A stretch of 64,000 nt of DNA from a virus. Taxonomy: Duplodnaviria > Caudoviricetes. A program made the translations under genes and the position numbers. The notes below the pieces were generated by a model. The model did no database searches. It saw nothing but the letters and a program-made list of their open reading frames with translations, and was not told where the DNA came from. Below, in pieces: positions 41,172 to 51,162 of the stretch; the stretch's first letter is position 1, and the number at the start of each line of letters is the position of its first letter. Location: IMG/VR virus record IMGVR_UViG_3300030085_002029, positions 588 to 64,587 of that record. One strand, 5' to 3'.

Positions 41172-41341
41172 TTCTGAGCGTTTAATACAGCGTTACCTTT
41201 GTAAGCGCAGTTTGTATTAATAACCAAACCTGGTTTAATAGTTGTGTCTCTTGACGTCATAACTTTAACACCTGAAGACATTTTCTTCATTGGTGATTTA
41301 TCTACTCCTGCTGGAGCTTGGAATCTTCCTATACTTGGCAT
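41168..41341 (-). CDS. Hypothetical protein, 57 aa
   Basis: MPSIGRFQAPAG...YKGNAVLNAQK; fills the gap. Confidence 0.5.
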   Translation of the reverse strand: MPSIGRFQAPAGVDKSPMKKMSSGVKVMTSRDTTIKPGLVINTNCAYKGNAVLNAQK

Positions 41342-41360
41342 AATTTTTTTTTTTAATGTT

Positions 41361-42509
41361 TTATTGATATGATCCTAAACTTTTTATAGTAGAATCTTGT
41401 TTTGCTGTATATGCAGATATTTTAGTAGGCACAACAGAGCTTGGTGAAATAGGTTGAGGTGAAGAACTTCTAGATGTATCTGGTTTTAATAGTTGTTTTG
41501 TTTTATCAGCAAGTTCTTTCATTCTTACAGCGTTTCTAAAATCAAACTGAAAGTTACCAATAGATATTGGTAGTTGTCTTTGCATTAATCCTTCCATTAC
41601 TGCTTTTTTATCTCCTTGTCTTTTGTCTATATAAGAACTATCTTGTGAAGCCATTTTAGGTACCATTGATGCTCCACCGTAGGCGTAACCGCCTCCGCCA
41701 TATCCACCCATACCACCACCTGGATTATAAGCTACTTGAGCGTCTTCTGCTTCGTCATCTTTTTTAGAAGTTAGTCTACTAGCTAAATTAGCTGCAGCTG
41801 AGTTAGTTGCTGATTCTATAGCAGTTTTACCTAGAGGTGAAGATGCTGCACTTTTAGCTCTGTTAGTAAATCTATCAACAGCGGCTTTAGGATTTGCTTT
41901 AAAGTTTTGAAACTTTTGATCTAATATACCTCCTGCCATTTTAGCTTTACTACCTATATTTTGAAACATTTTACCAAAGTCAATACCTTTTGATGGACCC
42001 ATTGCAGTACCACCAGTAGCATATCCACCACTACTATGATTTACCGGAGATACACCATGTGGAACAGCATCTGGTCCTGGAATTTCTTCATCTTTTTTAC
42101 TAGTAGCTCTACTTGCTAAATTACCAGCCGCGCTACTTGTTGCACTAGACATAGCTGCTTTAGCCGCTTTTGATTTAGCTGCTTTAGCTGCCGCAACTCC
42201 AACTTTGGATGCTGCTGCTTTTTTAGCTACAGCTGCTGCTTTTATACCTAGTTTCTTTAATATTATAGCTGCGGTAATTGGCTCTGATGCTCCACTTTTT
42301 GAGTCATAAGTATCTACCATGTTTGGAGCTGCATCAGCTCTATCATCAGTTGGATTATATTCTAAGTCTGCAGCTGCTTCTCCCATATATGGACCTGTAT
42401 TATCATACATATTTGGACCTTTATTGCTTTTATACATAGAACCACCATCTCTTCTCTGGTGCATAGCAACACCGTGCATAGGAGTATTTTTAGGTTGATT
42501 ATAAGCCAT
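41361..42509 (-). CDS. Ala/Gly/Lys-rich protein with many GxxM motifs and an internal duplication
   Basis: Likely start MAYNQ at 42509; GVAM, GGSM, GPNM, GPYM, GTAM, GASM; the SATxSAAxNLASRxTSKKD block occurs twice. Confidence 0.6.
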   Translation of the reverse strand: MAYNQPKNTPMHGVAMHQRRDGGSMYKSNKGPNMYDNTGPYMGEAAADLEYNPTDDRADAAPNMVDTYDSKSGASEPITAAIILKKLGIKAAAVAKKAAASKVGVAAAKAAKSKAAKAAMSSATSSAAGNLASRATSKKDEEIPGPDAVPHGVSPVNHSSGGYATGGTAMGPSKGIDFGKMFQNIGSKAKMAGGILDQKFQNFKANPKAAVDRFTNRAKSAASSPLGKTAIESATNSAAANLASRLTSKKDDEAEDAQVAYNPGGGMGGYGGGGYAYGGASMVPKMASQDSSYIDKRQGDKKAVMEGLMQRQLPISIGNFQFDFRNAVRMKELADKTKQLLKPDTSRSSSPQPISPSSVVPTKISAYTAKQDSTIKSLGSYQ

Positions 42510-42945
42510 TGTTTCTTGTTTTATCTTTATTAACATTCAGTATAGATGTATTTAAAACTTTATAAATATATCTATCATTTTTTTCAAATATCTTATTAGG
42601 CATATCTTCTTCACCTAACATAATTCGATACATTCTACTTATTAACTGTTTGCACTTTGTGGATACTTTATATATATGATATTTTTGGGTTGTGCGGTTT
42701 CTTTTTCTCCACACGGTAATCCACCCTTGCTTCAATAATCTGTTCCAGCGCCTGTTGTCCCAGCTATAAGAGTAAGTACCTTTTTTAAAATCATCTTTTG
42801 TAAACAAATCAATTGCTTCAAGATAGATTAAAAGCTCAAGGTCTGCTTCTTTAATATCACAGGTTTTGCACGCCCATTTACGTATAATCCTGTAATGTTT
42901 CAGTAAATTCAATTGTTTCAAGTCAGACGAGCTAATTCTTCGCAT
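42499..42945 (-). CDS. Winged-helix-like DNA-binding protein
   Basis: 148 aa; DLELLIYL...LLKQGWITV...IYKVS..CKQL MarR-like pattern. Confidence 0.45.
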   Translation of the reverse strand: MRRISSSDLKQLNLLKHYRIIRKWACKTCDIKEADLELLIYLEAIDLFTKDDFKKGTYSYSWDNRRWNRLLKQGWITVWRKRNRTTQKYHIYKVSTKCKQLISRMYRIMLGEEDMPNKIFEKNDRYIYKVLNTSILNVNKDKTRNNGL

Positions 42946-42947
42946 GT

Positions 42948-43208
42948 TTATAAGATAATAACTACGTCGTTTTCTTTTATTATTTTCCAGCTTTTTTTAT
43001 CTATTTCAATATTAAAGCCTGCGTTTTTATCGTAGTATATAGTATCGCCTTTTTTAATTGCTTCTACTGCTCCTCCGACTACTAGCACTTCTGCTTGTCT
43101 GTATCTAACATCTTCTCTTTGTGATTCAGCTAGAATTAAACCACCTTTTGTTTTAGTATTAACTTCTTTTAAAGGTTTTATTGCTATATATTTACCAACT
43201 GCTTTCAT
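42948..43208 (-). CDS. groES: Co-chaperonin GroES
   Basis: KTKGGLIL mobile loop, VLVVG, IKKGDTIYY; adjacent to groEL. Confidence 0.88.
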   Translation of the reverse strand: MKAVGKYIAIKPLKEVNTKTKGGLILAESQREDVRYRQAEVLVVGGAVEAIKKGDTIYYDKNAGFNIEIDKKSWKIIKENDVVIIL

Positions 43209-44752
43209 GCTCTTATATTATTAATTACACAATCAGTTGATAATATGGTTGTGGCTACTGAAGCCGCGTTTAACAATGCGCTTTTAGTAACCAGCAAAGG
43301 ATCTATTATTCCGGCTTTAACCATATTAACCATATTTCCTGTAACCACATCTAGTCCTATACCTTCTTCTTCGCATTTATTTTGTTGTGATATACCTGCA
43401 TTTTGTAAAATTAAATTGTATGGTTGTCTTATAGCTTGGTATAAAACTTCTTCACCTATACAATCTGCTGTTAAATGTTGAGCGGCATTTAGTAAAGCTA
43501 TACCACCTCCTGGTAGTATACCTTCTTTAATCGCGGCTTTTGTAGCACATATAGCATCTTCAACCCTATCTCTTTTTTCTTTTAACTCTATTTCGGAACT
43601 TGCACCCACTTTTACTATAGCTACTTTTGCTTTAAGTTTTGCAAGTCTTTTTTCTAAACTTATAATTTTATTTGGGTTTTTTGTTTTTTTAAGTTTAGCT
43701 TCTAAGAACTCAATAGTATGTTTTACTTCTTCGTTGTCTGACAAGTCAACTTGTAGTATTGTGTCTTCCTGGTTAGTTATACTTCTTTTGCATGAACCTA
43801 AGTGTTCTATAGATATTAAGTCCATGTCGTCGCCTAAGTCTTCATTTATTAAAGTAGCACCTGTTACATCACAAAGATCTGACAATGTGTCTTTTCTACT
43901 AACACCAAATGTAGGCGCGTTAATAATATTAACTTTTATATTACCTTTAATTTTATTCATTGCTAATGCAGAAAGTACTTGAGATTCAACTTCTGCAATT
44001 ATAAGTAGACTTTTGTTGTTTTTTATAACATACTCTAATACGTTTTGTATTTTTCTTATATTAGGTATTTTAGATTCTACTATAAGAACTAAAGGGTTTG
44101 TTAACTCACATACTCCTTTATCTTTGTCTGTTATAAAATGATTGCTAGTTAAAGCTTGATCATATTGAACTCCTTCTACTAGTTCTACTATAGTGTTAGG
44201 ATACTCATTAGTTTCCATCATTACTATACCAGTTTCATCTACTAACTTAAATGCTTTTCCTATTACATCTCCTAACGACTTATCATTATTTGATGATATA
44301 GTTGCTACTTGATTTATTTTATTACCTGATACTTTTTTAGTTTTCTTACTTAAGTATTTTATAACTTTATCTACTCCTGAATTAATACCTTCTATTAAAG
44401 ATCTTGTATCATCTAATAAATCATGTTCTCCTGCTTCTTTTAATATAGCTTTAGCAAGAACTGTAGCGGTTGTAGTTCCGTCTCCTGCATCTCTAACTGT
44501 TCTTTGCGCTGCCTCTTTAATTAGTGTAGCGCCAATATTTTCTAGTGGATCTTGTAATGTTATTGAATTAGCAACGGTAACACCATCTTTAGTTATTATT
44601 GGTTTACCATGTTGATCTTCTAATATTACGCACTTACCACTTGCTCCTAGTGTAGAGCTAACCGCGTTAGTCAGTTTGTCTACTCCAGCTAAAATCTTTC
44701 CTCTAGCATCGTCACCAAAGGAAAGACTTTTAACTAATTTTATATCTTCCAT
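43205..44752 (-). CDS. groEL: Chaperonin GroEL
   Basis: [34 protein letters not shown]; lacks the GGM tail. Confidence 0.95.
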   Translation of the reverse strand: MEDIKLVKSLSFGDDARGKILAGVDKLTNAVSSTLGASGKCVILEDQHGKPIITKDGVTVANSITLQDPLENIGATLIKEAAQRTVRDAGDGTTTATVLAKAILKEAGEHDLLDDTRSLIEGINSGVDKVIKYLSKKTKKVSGNKINQVATISSNNDKSLGDVIGKAFKLVDETGIVMMETNEYPNTIVELVEGVQYDQALTSNHFITDKDKGVCELTNPLVLIVESKIPNIRKIQNVLEYVIKNNKSLLIIAEVESQVLSALAMNKIKGNIKVNIINAPTFGVSRKDTLSDLCDVTGATLINEDLGDDMDLISIEHLGSCKRSITNQEDTILQVDLSDNEEVKHTIEFLEAKLKKTKNPNKIISLEKRLAKLKAKVAIVKVGASSEIELKEKRDRVEDAICATKAAIKEGILPGGGIALLNAAQHLTADCIGEEVLYQAIRQPYNLILQNAGISQQNKCEEEGIGLDVVTGNMVNMVKAGIIDPLLVTKSALLNAASVATTILSTDCVINNIRA

Positions 44753-44777
44753 TATATTTAATTAAATTTAATTGTGT

Positions 44778-45062
44778 TTACTCGAATGTTTTAACTACTT
44801 TTGGTCCTTTTAAAAATTCCAACTTTTTACTGTAATGTTCAATAGATCCATCAATAGCAGCTTCAGCACCGTCCATTGTTTCTCTTCTTGTTACATCTAT
44901 CCAGTCTTCACTTTCAGGGTGTAAGTATTCAGTTTGAAAAAATCCATTTGGTAACTGTACAATCCTCCAGTTCTTTTTTTCGGTTATGTGTTTCCAATGG
45001 TCGATCATTCTTTGATCTGGTTGTATAGCAGCTTTAAAGCCGCTGGTATATAAAAACGTCAT
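44778..45062 (-). CDS. Hypothetical protein
   Basis: 94 aa; NWRIVQLPNGFFQTE, WIDVTRRET. Confidence 0.6.
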   Translation of the reverse strand: MTFLYTSGFKAAIQPDQRMIDHWKHITEKKNWRIVQLPNGFFQTEYLHPESEDWIDVTRRETMDGAEAAIDGSIEHYSKKLEFLKGPKVVKTFE

Positions 45063-45091
45063 GGTTTATGTTTTTAGGTTTATATATAAGT

Positions 45092-45115
45092 ATTCCCCCG
45101 CTTTCGCGGGAGAAT
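45092..45115. terminator. GC-rich hairpin, possible terminator
   Basis: ATTCCCCCGC-TTTC-GCGGGAGAAT in an intergenic gap. Confidence 0.5.
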
Positions 45116-45122
45116 TATTTTT

Positions 45123-46091
45123 TTATTCTTCCACAGGTGGTTCTTCTGCTTCAGCTGGTGCAAATGGTGAGGATGATGGGTCTGCTTCCCACGCGTCAAT
45201 AGTTGCTTTAGCTTCTACTCCGTCAACAGATGCTTTTAAAGCTTCTGATGCTGCTGACTCTGCAGTGCTAGCCGTTTCTGTTGCCTCAACTGCTGCTTCA
45301 TTTGCTTTAGCAGCTGTTGTACTTGCGTCTGTTGCTGCACTTGTTGCCTCAGCTGCTGCTGCTGTAGCAGTTTCTGCTGATGATTGTGCCTCATCAGCTT
45401 TACCATCGGCTGTTTCTGCCAACGCGGCTGCTGCATCCGCTGCTGCTTGGGCTTCGTTTGCTTTACCGTCAGCTGTTGCCGCCGCATTTGCTGCATTTTC
45501 TGCTGCAATTTCCGCGTCAGCTGCTGCTGCTGAAGCTTTTTCAGCGTTACTATTAGCGACTTCTGCATCGGCTGCTGCATTGTCAGCGGTATCTTTTACA
45601 GTTTCTATTTCTTTAGTATTAGCATCAGCGTCTTCTTTCACCGACTCTATCTCTTTAGTGTTAGCATCAACCTCTTTTTCAATTTCATCAATGTCGCCAG
45701 TGTTGGTTTCTACGTCTTCTTTAAGACTTTCAACTTCTTTTTCTAATTCTGACAAATCTCCAATAGGTGAAGCTTCTAGTTTAGCAATTCTTGCTTCAAA
45801 ATCTGCGTTAATTATCGCTTGAGCTGCTGCAAACTCGTTAAATGCAGCGCAACAAGCTTCTAGACTTGCTACTTGTTCTTGTAAAACACTAACAATACTT
45901 GTTAACGATGCTATGTTTTCTGTATTTACCGCTACAAGTTTTTCTAAAAGGTCTAATGCTTCTTTAATATCGGCTAATAAGTTACCAACCGATATTTGTT
46001 TGGTCATTTTTTTCTCTTCTGAGTCTGATATTATGATTAAATCAGAATCAGCGGCCTTACCTTTGGTTGGATATGTATATATTATTGCCAT
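45123..46091 (-). CDS. Fibre-like coiled-coil protein with Ala-rich repeats
   Basis: MAIIYTYP...DLIIISD fibre-type N-terminus, 14-aa ANTKEIE repeats, Ala-rich heptads. Confidence 0.6.
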   Translation of the reverse strand: MAIIYTYPTKGKAADSDLIIISDSEEKKMTKQISVGNLLADIKEALDLLEKLVAVNTENIASLTSIVSVLQEQVASLEACCAAFNEFAAAQAIINADFEARIAKLEASPIGDLSELEKEVESLKEDVETNTGDIDEIEKEVDANTKEIESVKEDADANTKEIETVKDTADNAAADAEVANSNAEKASAAAADAEIAAENAANAAATADGKANEAQAAADAAAALAETADGKADEAQSSAETATAAAAEATSAATDASTTAAKANEAAVEATETASTAESAASEALKASVDGVEAKATIDAWEADPSSSPFAPAEAEEPPVEE

Positions 46092-46095
46092 TTTT

Positions 46096-46806
46096 TTATA
46101 CTTTTAATTTTTTCTCTTGTTCTTTTCTGTATTTATCTCTTGCTGCAGCGTCAGATTTTGGATTTTCTTTAATATATTTTCTAACTAAGCTATTTACAGC
46201 TCTTTCTCTTTTTTTGGTTGACTTTTCTGTAGCTTTATTTTCTTTCTTTTTTATAAAAGCTTTTTTGTCATCTACTTTTTGTCTTTTCTTTCTAGCTTTT
46301 TTTCGTATTTTTTCTACTCTAGTGCTGTTTGGTTTCTTAGCTTCCTTAATATCTGCTTTAGTTTCTAATTTAGTAGCCCTAGTAGACTTTTTAGCTAAAC
46401 GTTTTACACTCATATTGGCACCTTCTCCTTTAATACCTACTGTTTTGTATATACTATACTCACCATATCCATCTAGAGTATCTTTTTCATGCTGAACTTG
46501 GTAATCTAAGTCTTGTGGTAAACCTTCTGGACCATATTTTAAATGCTTGCCTCTTATTAAATCGCCTTCCCTAGGTCCATTCTGCATATTATGAGCCATA
46601 TGTCCGCTTTCAGTTATATACTGGCCTGGTATAGAATGTATTGGCTTTATTGGCTTTGCTGGCATATTAGGCTTTTTAACTGCTGTATTGTCTGCTACAG
46701 CAGGTTTTACCTCCATCGATGCTCCATGCCTTTTACTCTTGGCGCTTCCTGGCGGAATACCACCCATGCTATGTCCGCCTTTTCTATTAAACTTTTTTAA
46801 ACTCAT
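46096..46806 (-). CDS. Highly basic Lys/Arg-rich protein
   Basis: 236 aa; GHSM, GASM, GANM; very basic C-terminal half. Confidence 0.6.
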   Translation of the reverse strand: MSLKKFNRKGGHSMGGIPPGSAKSKRHGASMEVKPAVADNTAVKKPNMPAKPIKPIHSIPGQYITESGHMAHNMQNGPREGDLIRGKHLKYGPEGLPQDLDYQVQHEKDTLDGYGEYSIYKTVGIKGEGANMSVKRLAKKSTRATKLETKADIKEAKKPNSTRVEKIRKKARKKRQKVDDKKAFIKKKENKATEKSTKKRERAVNSLVRKYIKENPKSDAAARDKYRKEQEKKLKV

Positions 46807-47195
46807 TAGCTAAAGTGTTTACTGTAGTGATTATGTCTTAATACTGGATGCTTTGAATGATAAGCAGCTTCGTCATTTTCTAGATAATGAAGTCTAGCAC
46901 TAGCTGTTAGATCTTTATTATGTGCCATTTTAGCATCGTATGCTTCTGCAGACATGCTTGAACCATTGTCAAAAGAAACCGTTGCTACACTTCCAGCATC
47001 TCCAAAAGCTCCCTCTGGTAAAGCTGGATTATCAGATTGAGATCTGGTAACATTCGCTTTAGCGAAATTATCAGCTATCGCCGTGTTCCACTCATCTGTG
47101 GCACCGTGCTGGTTTTTTCTTTTATGTTTGTTGGCTCTGCAGTCTTCTTTTCTTTTTCCACGCTTTAACCAACAATGTCTACTATTTTTTCCCAT
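46806..47195 (-). CDS. Basic hypothetical protein, first gene of the late arm
   Basis: 129 aa; GSSMS; LTASARLHYLEN. Confidence 0.55.
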   Translation of the reverse strand: MGKNSRHCWLKRGKRKEDCRANKHKRKNQHGATDEWNTAIADNFAKANVTRSQSDNPALPEGAFGDAGSVATVSFDNGSSMSAEAYDAKMAHNKDLTASARLHYLENDEAAYHSKHPVLRHNHYSKHFS

Positions 47196-47279
47196 GGTAA
47201 TATTTTAAATATTTACTAATTTCTTTTTATGTACATATTATAGTATTTACAGGTAAAACGTAAAATTTACAAGGTACAC

Positions 47280-47325
47280 TGTGACATAAGGTACTTACTA
47301 GTATACTTAACTACCTAATGTCACA
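47280..47325. promoter_or_regulatory. Inverted-repeat site, copy 1
   Basis: TGTGACATAAGGTA-N18-TACCTAATGTCACA; 14-bp arms with 1 mismatch. Confidence 0.65.
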
Positions 47326-47554
47326 TATATATTTTAGCCCGGTATCAGATATATAGAAGTAAAGTACTGCCCTACCAAAATTTTATTTTGAATTTTTTTA
47401 CAAAATCATTTTTTAAAACTGGGGCTCCCCTACATTTTAATATTTAATTGCATATTCCCCGTAATAATCGAAACGATATTGCGATCATGCGATCGATGCA
47501 TCACGAAATAAATTCTATTCTAACTAAAAACATTTAGCATTTTTATAATTATGC

Positions 47555-47585
47555 ACAAGGCTTTTACGACTACGTATAGATAATA
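47555..47585 (+). promoter_or_regulatory. Phage promoter-like motif, copy 1
   Basis: ACAA-N6-TACG-N9-AGATAATA. Confidence 0.7.
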
Positions 47586-47712
47586 TATATGAATTTAAAA
47601 ATAAACAAAATGTATAAATTAAAATTAATAACTTTCAATATCGCTTTAACTCTCTTTATAATTAACGTAATTAACTTTGTATATCAACTATTAAATATAA
47701 TAATATAATTGC

Positions 47713-47743
47713 ACAAATTAAATACGACTACTTAAAGATAATA
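47713..47743 (+). promoter_or_regulatory. Phage promoter-like motif, copy 2
   Basis: ACAAATTAAATACGACTACTTAAAGATAATA. Confidence 0.75.
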
Positions 47744-47785
47744 TAAACAACTAAACTAAATTAATAATAAATAAATATAATAACT

Positions 47786-48025
47786 ATGAAAACTAATAAT
47801 TTAACTACTAAAAGATTTGTAATAAGAAAATCATTAATTGGCGAAAACGCTATCATTACATTCACTAACAAAAAAGGTATTACTTATACTTATGATCATG
47901 ACGAAATATACTCACTATTTCAAGAAAAGTTTGAAAGTATGAATTGCTTTCAAGAGTATAAAAGTTATACTAACTCAAATGTTGTACCAAAATTCTGTAG
48001 AGAATTAGCTACAATTAGTGAGTAG
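47786..48025 (+). CDS. Early hypothetical protein
   Basis: 79 aa downstream of motif copy 2. Confidence 0.6.
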   Translation: MKTNNLTTKRFVIRKSLIGENAIITFTNKKGITYTYDHDEIYSLFQEKFESMNCFQEYKSYTNSNVVPKFCRELATISE

Positions 48026-48030
48026 TAACA

Positions 48031-48077
48031 TGTGACAGTAGCCTGTTACTCTATATAACTAATAGGCTATTGTCATA
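48031..48077. promoter_or_regulatory. Inverted-repeat site, copy 2
   Basis: TGTGACAGTAGCCT-N19-AGGCTATTGTCATA. Confidence 0.65.
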
Positions 48078-48254
48078 CAACACTTGAATAATAATATATT
48101 CAATATCTATGTAAGATAATGAGAACTCATGTGTTACCACCTACAACAAAAAATAATATATAAACTAATTAACACCTTTAATATGCTAATATTTTTCACA
48201 ATACCACCTGTAATAATATCACTATTTATTCTTTATGATTTCATTAGTGATTAC

Positions 48255-48285
48255 ACAAACTAAATACGTTCACTCGTAGATAATA
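48255..48285 (+). promoter_or_regulatory. Phage promoter-like motif, copy 3
   Basis: ACAAACTAAATACGTTCACTCGTAGATAATA. Confidence 0.75.
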
Positions 48286-48384
48286 TAATAAAACATGTAG
48301 TTGATCGCCATACTTTAGCATGTATAAATAATACGAACACTTGGCGCCACCAAACTAATTTATTAACTTTTAAAACTAACGCTT

Positions 48385-48582
48385 ATGCCTTATAACCCAA
48401 ATAATCCAAGTAATTGGTCATGGTCAAAAGCTTTTGACGAAATGGCTAAAACAGTACATCAAGCTGAAATGACTCAGCAAGTAATTAATCATCTTGGTGG
48501 TTACACAGGTGAAACTAAATATGTAGATTTACCTAAAACTAAACAAGACGAATTGTATCACGTTTTATACCAAATACTATAA
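48385..48582 (+). CDS. Early hypothetical protein
   Basis: 65 aa ORF. Confidence 0.55.
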   Translation: MPYNPNNPSNWSWSKAFDEMAKTVHQAEMTQQVINHLGGYTGETKYVDLPKTKQDELYHVLYQIL

Positions 48583-48584
48583 CT

Positions 48585-48797
48585 ATGTACGAACTAGAAT
48601 TTATACCTAAAAGAAAAGTAGACAACTTTGGTGAACTAGTAGATTCTACTTGGTTACCACACGAGTCATCAGAACTAACTCAAGAACTATTAGACTTTAT
48701 AGAAAACGAGTTTGAAAACGACATCAGTGAATTTGAAACAGTAGTTGTCTACTATGAAGGTTGCTACAATTTACCAATAAAAATAATAAATCTATGA
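48585..48797 (+). CDS. Small acidic early protein
   Basis: 70 aa, Glu/Asp-rich. Confidence 0.55.
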   Translation: MYELEFIPKRKVDNFGELVDSTWLPHESSELTQELLDFIENEFENDISEFETVVVYYEGCYNLPIKIINL

Positions 48798-48892
48798 ATA
48801 AATATAATAACAAGAAAGACGAAGAAAGTGCTAACAAAGTTTTAGCAGTAATTATAATACTATTTTTTATAACAGTAATAATTGACTACGTC

Positions 48893-48923
48893 ACAATATA
48901 AATACGAACAAGTAAAGATAATA
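48893..48923 (+). promoter_or_regulatory. Phage promoter-like motif, copy 4
   Basis: ACAATATAAATACGAACAAGTAAAGATAATA. Confidence 0.75.
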
Positions 48924-48931
48924 ATAATAAT

Positions 48932-49201
48932 ATGAACGATCACATAGAAACATATATAACCACAAAACACTTAGACGCAATAATCTTCAAAGCAGGCGGT
49001 ATGAAACTGCAAGTATTTAAGTGTTACCATAGTCCTTATGGTTGGGATAAGCGTGATCTAATTACTTCTCACTACGGTGTAGAAGACAACGAATTCACTT
49101 ACGATTATGTAAGTAACAAGGTAGACGAGGTGTATTCTACCTTTCCAAACGAAGAAATACACGAGTTAATAACCAAAGTAAAAAAATATAAAAATGGTTA
49201 A
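48932..49201 (+). CDS. Early hypothetical protein
   Basis: 89 aa directly after motif copy 4. Confidence 0.6.
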   Translation: MNDHIETYITTKHLDAIIFKAGGMKLQVFKCYHSPYGWDKRDLITSHYGVEDNEFTYDYVSNKVDEVYSTFPNEEIHELITKVKKYKNG

Positions 49202-49345
49202 AAAAGCAATAATTAAATTCTGCTACAAAGCAGTAGAAGAAAAAATGCTAAAGATATATGCTACAATTATGAGTACTATATTCTTAGCTATATGGATACC
49301 AACTATGGTAATAGCACTTAAAAATATGTTTGTTTTCTGGTTTGA

Positions 49346-49597
49346 ATGGTTGTTCTAATGAAGAAGTTATATGTAATGACCGCACTAATCTGTAGCAGTT
49401 GTACAGTTAGTCAAATGTATCACAAACCAAGCTATAAAAACAGTGTCCGCAATATCGAAGTAATGATGATGTGGTTAGAAAAAGATGTAGAAAATGGTTT
49501 ATTAAGAGAAGATGTAGCTCAAAATTACTTTCAACTATTAGAAGTTACACATTATGGACTAGTAAAAAATACTAAGTATGATAAGCAAGAAGATTAA
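49346..49597 (+). CDS. Possible small lipoprotein
   Basis: MKKLYVMTALICSS-C lipobox-like sequence from the second Met. Confidence 0.45.
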   Translation: MVVLMKKLYVMTALICSSCTVSQMYHKPSYKNSVRNIEVMMMWLEKDVENGLLREDVAQNYFQLLEVTHYGLVKNTKYDKQED

Positions 49598-49726
49598 ACA
49601 ACTACAAAATCTGTACTCATGGAATGAGTTTTATCAAGGCACGGGTAATAAAGAACAGATGAGAAAGTGCCAAACTGAAATCCACCAGTTGAAAAGTGAG
49701 ATTAACGAATTAAAAACTAATAAAAA

Positions 49727-50014
49727 GTGAAAGATACTAACGCGATAGAACAAGCGCTTCAAGTTAAGATTAACGCAGAACTAAGAGAAATAGTAGACAA
49801 GTTTGCTGCTGATGTAGAAAAAATATCAGATAAGTATGGTGGATCTATGTTCTATGACATGCAAAAAGATGCAGCACAAGATTCTCCATCATTTCATGTT
49901 CAAGGTACACATGGTATAACTAACGTGTTACATAGAATGTTGTTAACTAATCATGGTAAATACATGTTAAAGTACAAGTCACAAGAACTAATTAAAAAAC
50001 TAGATCTAATATGA
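49727..50014 (+). CDS. Early hypothetical protein
   Basis: 95 aa, GTG start. Confidence 0.55.
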   Translation: MKDTNAIEQALQVKINAELREIVDKFAADVEKISDKYGGSMFYDMQKDAAQDSPSFHVQGTHGITNVLHRMLLTNHGKYMLKYKSQELIKKLDLI

Positions 50015-50337
50015 CTGAAGAAGAAATAATAGACAAAGTATGTGACAGAATGGTCAACACTATGTATAACGAACTAGATTATTATATGTTTGAGTACTTG
50101 TGGTTTGAAGAAACTAATGATGAGTATGTAGAATATGCTGATAAACTAATAACTAAAATACTAAAACAATTAACAAAATGAGCGATAAAGAAGCATTACA
50201 AGAAATAGTATACATAGTAAATGACTATGTAAACGGTAATACAGGACACTATAAATCAAATGAGTTTATAGAAGATTTAACAGAATTTTTAGAGCAAAAT
50301 GTAATACATTGCGCTATGGATAATAACTATAAATAAT

Positions 50338-50535
50338 ATGGGAAATATGAGTTACTGCAGGTTTGAGAACACTGCAAGAGATCTAGCAGACTGTGCACAA
50401 GTTATAAGACAAGGTGATATACATGACTTAAATAACTACGAGTTAGATGGTTTAAAAGATATACTAGATCTAGCTGAACAAATAGTAGAAGAGAAAGAAT
50501 ATATACAAGAAATCATAAATAACGAATATGAGTAA
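50338..50535 (+). CDS. Early hypothetical protein (MSYCRFENT type)
   Basis: 65 aa; NMSYCRFENTARDL. Confidence 0.6.
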   Translation: MGNMSYCRFENTARDLADCAQVIRQGDIHDLNNYELDGLKDILDLAEQIVEEKEYIQEIINNEYE

Positions 50536-50678
50536 ATACGTAGAAAGAATAATGGACGAAGTGTATGATAACATTAGAAATCACTTTGACGACAAAGATG
50601 AAAAGATATGGTTCTTAGAAGAACTAATATTTGAATTAAAAGATGAACTTGAAGATATAAAACACCAAGACTTTAACA

Positions 50679-50888
50679 ATGACAATGACTGATATACAGA
50701 AAATACAGGCTATAACACAAGATATTCTAGCCGGATATTATGGTGCTACACAGCAATGTGGTACAGAAACACAGAAATATACTTACGCTTTTGAACAAGC
50801 TAAGAAAATATTTGCAGGTGAATTACTAATAGATCCTGATCACACTTGGTTTGACACTGGTTCAGGTATAAAATTTGAAGAACTATGA
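50679..50888 (+). CDS. Early hypothetical protein
   Basis: 69 aa ORF. Confidence 0.55.
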   Translation: MTMTDIQKIQAITQDILAGYYGATQQCGTETQKYTYAFEQAKKIFAGELLIDPDHTWFDTGSGIKFEEL

Positions 50889-51162
50889 GTGATTTTAGAA
50901 CAATACAAGAGTATTTAACTCATCAAGAAGAAACTGCAATACCAAAACTAAGATGGTTACAAGTTAAAACTTTAAAAGAGCAATATCCTAACGATCAAGA
51001 ATTTGGTGAAAAAGTAAGAGAATTAGTAAATAACACAAAGTAATGAGCATGAGAGATTTAGTAGCAAACGATGAGTTTGGCATGGACTATGACCAACTAG
51101 GTGAAAACGAACAACAATGGGTGAAAGATCACATTGAAGAATGTTTAGGAATATAATAAATT

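Noticed and set aside
45061-45822. 253-aa plus-strand ORF and the other plus-strand ORFs within 3.5-47 kb
   Set aside because: They are antisense shadows of real minus-strand genes, kept open by Ala-rich or biased codon usage.
47280-47325. CRP binding site (TGTGA-N6-TCACA)
   Set aside because: The half-sites are ~36 bp apart, not 6.
50041-50047. Additional TGTGACA site
   Set aside because: It lies inside a small ORF and has no matching right arm ~40 bp downstream.
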